A DNA stretch of 64,000 nucleotides. Origin: Paragordius varius. Taxonomy: Eukaryota; Animalia; Nematomorpha. The notes below the pieces were generated by a model. It was not told the DNA's origin, did not search any database, and worked only from the letters and a program-made list of their open reading frames with translations. A program made the position numbers and the translations under genes. Positions within the stretch are counted from its first letter, which is position 1; each line of letters starts with the position of its first letter. Location of the stretch: NCBI GenBank assembly GCA_964247055.1, contig OZ176050.1, forward strand, positions 5,828,001 through 5,892,000, in the 5' to 3' direction. Of the stretch, positions 62,503 to 64,000 are shown piece by piece.

Positions 62503-64000
62503 ACTATATAAATAAATTATTTTTACGAATAATTGTTATTTTATTGTATAAAAAACGATCATCTTAAATTTTACTTTATACAAATAATATACTTTTTTAT
62601 TTAAAATCAATAATTTTTATCCATGTTTAACATTTTTTCATTTAAAAAACTTTTTAAATTAAGGATGGAATATTTGAAACCTATAATATTTATTCAAATC
62701 ACTTTTATTAGTTTGATATGATTTTTGCATTATAAAAATGTGTGTATGAAAATTTAAAGAAATATAAAATTTTTATTATATAATACAATTTGTGCCCAAT
62801 TGTTATCAAATATTACGGCTAAAGTATTAGAGAGCTGAAGGAATTTAACGTTTTGAGATTCTCAAACAATTTTTGTATAGTCATCCAAAAATGTTAATTT
62901 TCTAAAAGTATATGAAGAAATGAACAAAATAAACAGGCTTTCGAATCTGAAACCCAATTCTTAATATTTTTGCAAAAATCAACCCGTGTCGGTTTCAACC
63001 GTTCAGAAACCGCTACCGTTCCGGCTACACAAGGTAGTTTAAAATAAAAAAGTTATTGTCCACTTCGTTCCCTTTTTGACCTGATTATTTAAAAGACAGA
63101 ACCAATTCCTCAAAAATGCGGTTGCTTATGCCGTTACGCATATAGTCGAAGGATGCATTAAAATTTCAAGAAAAAAATATGGCTCGCTATTATTTATTGA
63201 TACAAACGCATTAAAGGATACTGTTCATAATTTTAAAATTATTAAAAAAATATAATATTTAGTCTTTATTTCATTAAGCAAACTTACATTTATTCCCCAT
63301 CAGTCAATATATCCAAAAAGTGAAGAAACTACTCATTGATTATAATTTGGCCAACATTACAATGGCCTTACCAACTCAAGTTTTTTTTTAATACAGAGCA
63401 TATATATTTTCAGATTGGAATTAGTTTGACCACTATCCAATCTTAAGGCACGATAAGGATTTTTAATAAATATGATAAATGATATAAATAAACATCATTG
63501 CCTTTGTACTTTTTTCACCATGCATTTAGTCATTATATCTTTTCCAATAAATTGTATTTGACTGAAATTAGTTGATATCAAAGGTTTTTATATTAAAAGT
63601 TTTATACAGAAACCAATATAGGAACCGTTTCTAAATGTCAATTACTGGTTCATTCACTAAAAATATAATAAAAAATTATTTGGCCAGTAATGGGCTCTAA
63701 AATAAGTAAAAAAAAAATTACAAAGTGAGATTATAGATTAGAACATAAATATAGAATTATAAATTATTATTGTTATGTTCGCATTGAATTTATGTAAAGT
63801 TTTGGGCTCTGTTATAAAAAATTACAGTATGACATCTATGCGCCTTTTTCACATTGGTCAATTGATAACACAGTAGCGTGTGTTCTTAAACAATTTTTGT
63901 CCATAATTAAAGAAACAAAAGGAAAAAACTGTTCACTACTGTCCAGTGGCCAACAATAAATGGATCAGAAAAAATGCGCATACTATAACTTTCTCGATAT

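Noticed and set aside
63096-63225. CENP-S/MHF1 similarity (FLKNAVAYAVTHIVE vs recalled LKAAVHYTVGCLCE)
   Set aside because: The downstream histone-fold motif (DLE.FA.HAKR) is not found in any frame; the similarity is too short.

Overview
Very AT-rich eukaryotic (invertebrate-type) genomic DNA; the taxon cannot be fixed from sequence alone. I hand-built seven spliced protein-coding genes: a 5'-truncated SLC6 transporter (+, 1-9027), casein kinase I alpha (-, 10084-13027), a secreted double-DM13 protein (+, 17725-19349), exosome subunit Csl4/EXOSC1 (+, 25066-26737), a very large two-pore K+ channel (-, 26876-35626), a secreted AChBP-like Cys-loop ligand-binding domain with no transmembrane region (+, 56241-60838) and SEC20/BNIP1 (+, 61727-62502). 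Between and inside them lie degenerate transposons: two RTE-type LINE remnants, two inverted hAT copies with 8-bp TSDs, a 3.3-kb hAT-type non-autonomous element, six non-autonomous Helitron copies, TTAA-flanked and Tc1-like MITEs, and several long foldback palindromes. Main result: 13 GT-AG introns of only 21-25 nt (6 in EXOSC1, 5 in SEC20, 2 in CK1alpha), each restoring the frame or alignment of a conserved protein. They coexist with 31 introns of 65-3841 nt, with none in between. The ORF track shows only fragments of EXOSC1 and SEC20 for this reason. Second result: the soluble AChBP-like protein with an expanded, glycosylatable Cys-loop. All gene models are manual translations; family assignments come from remembered reference sequences, not database searches.
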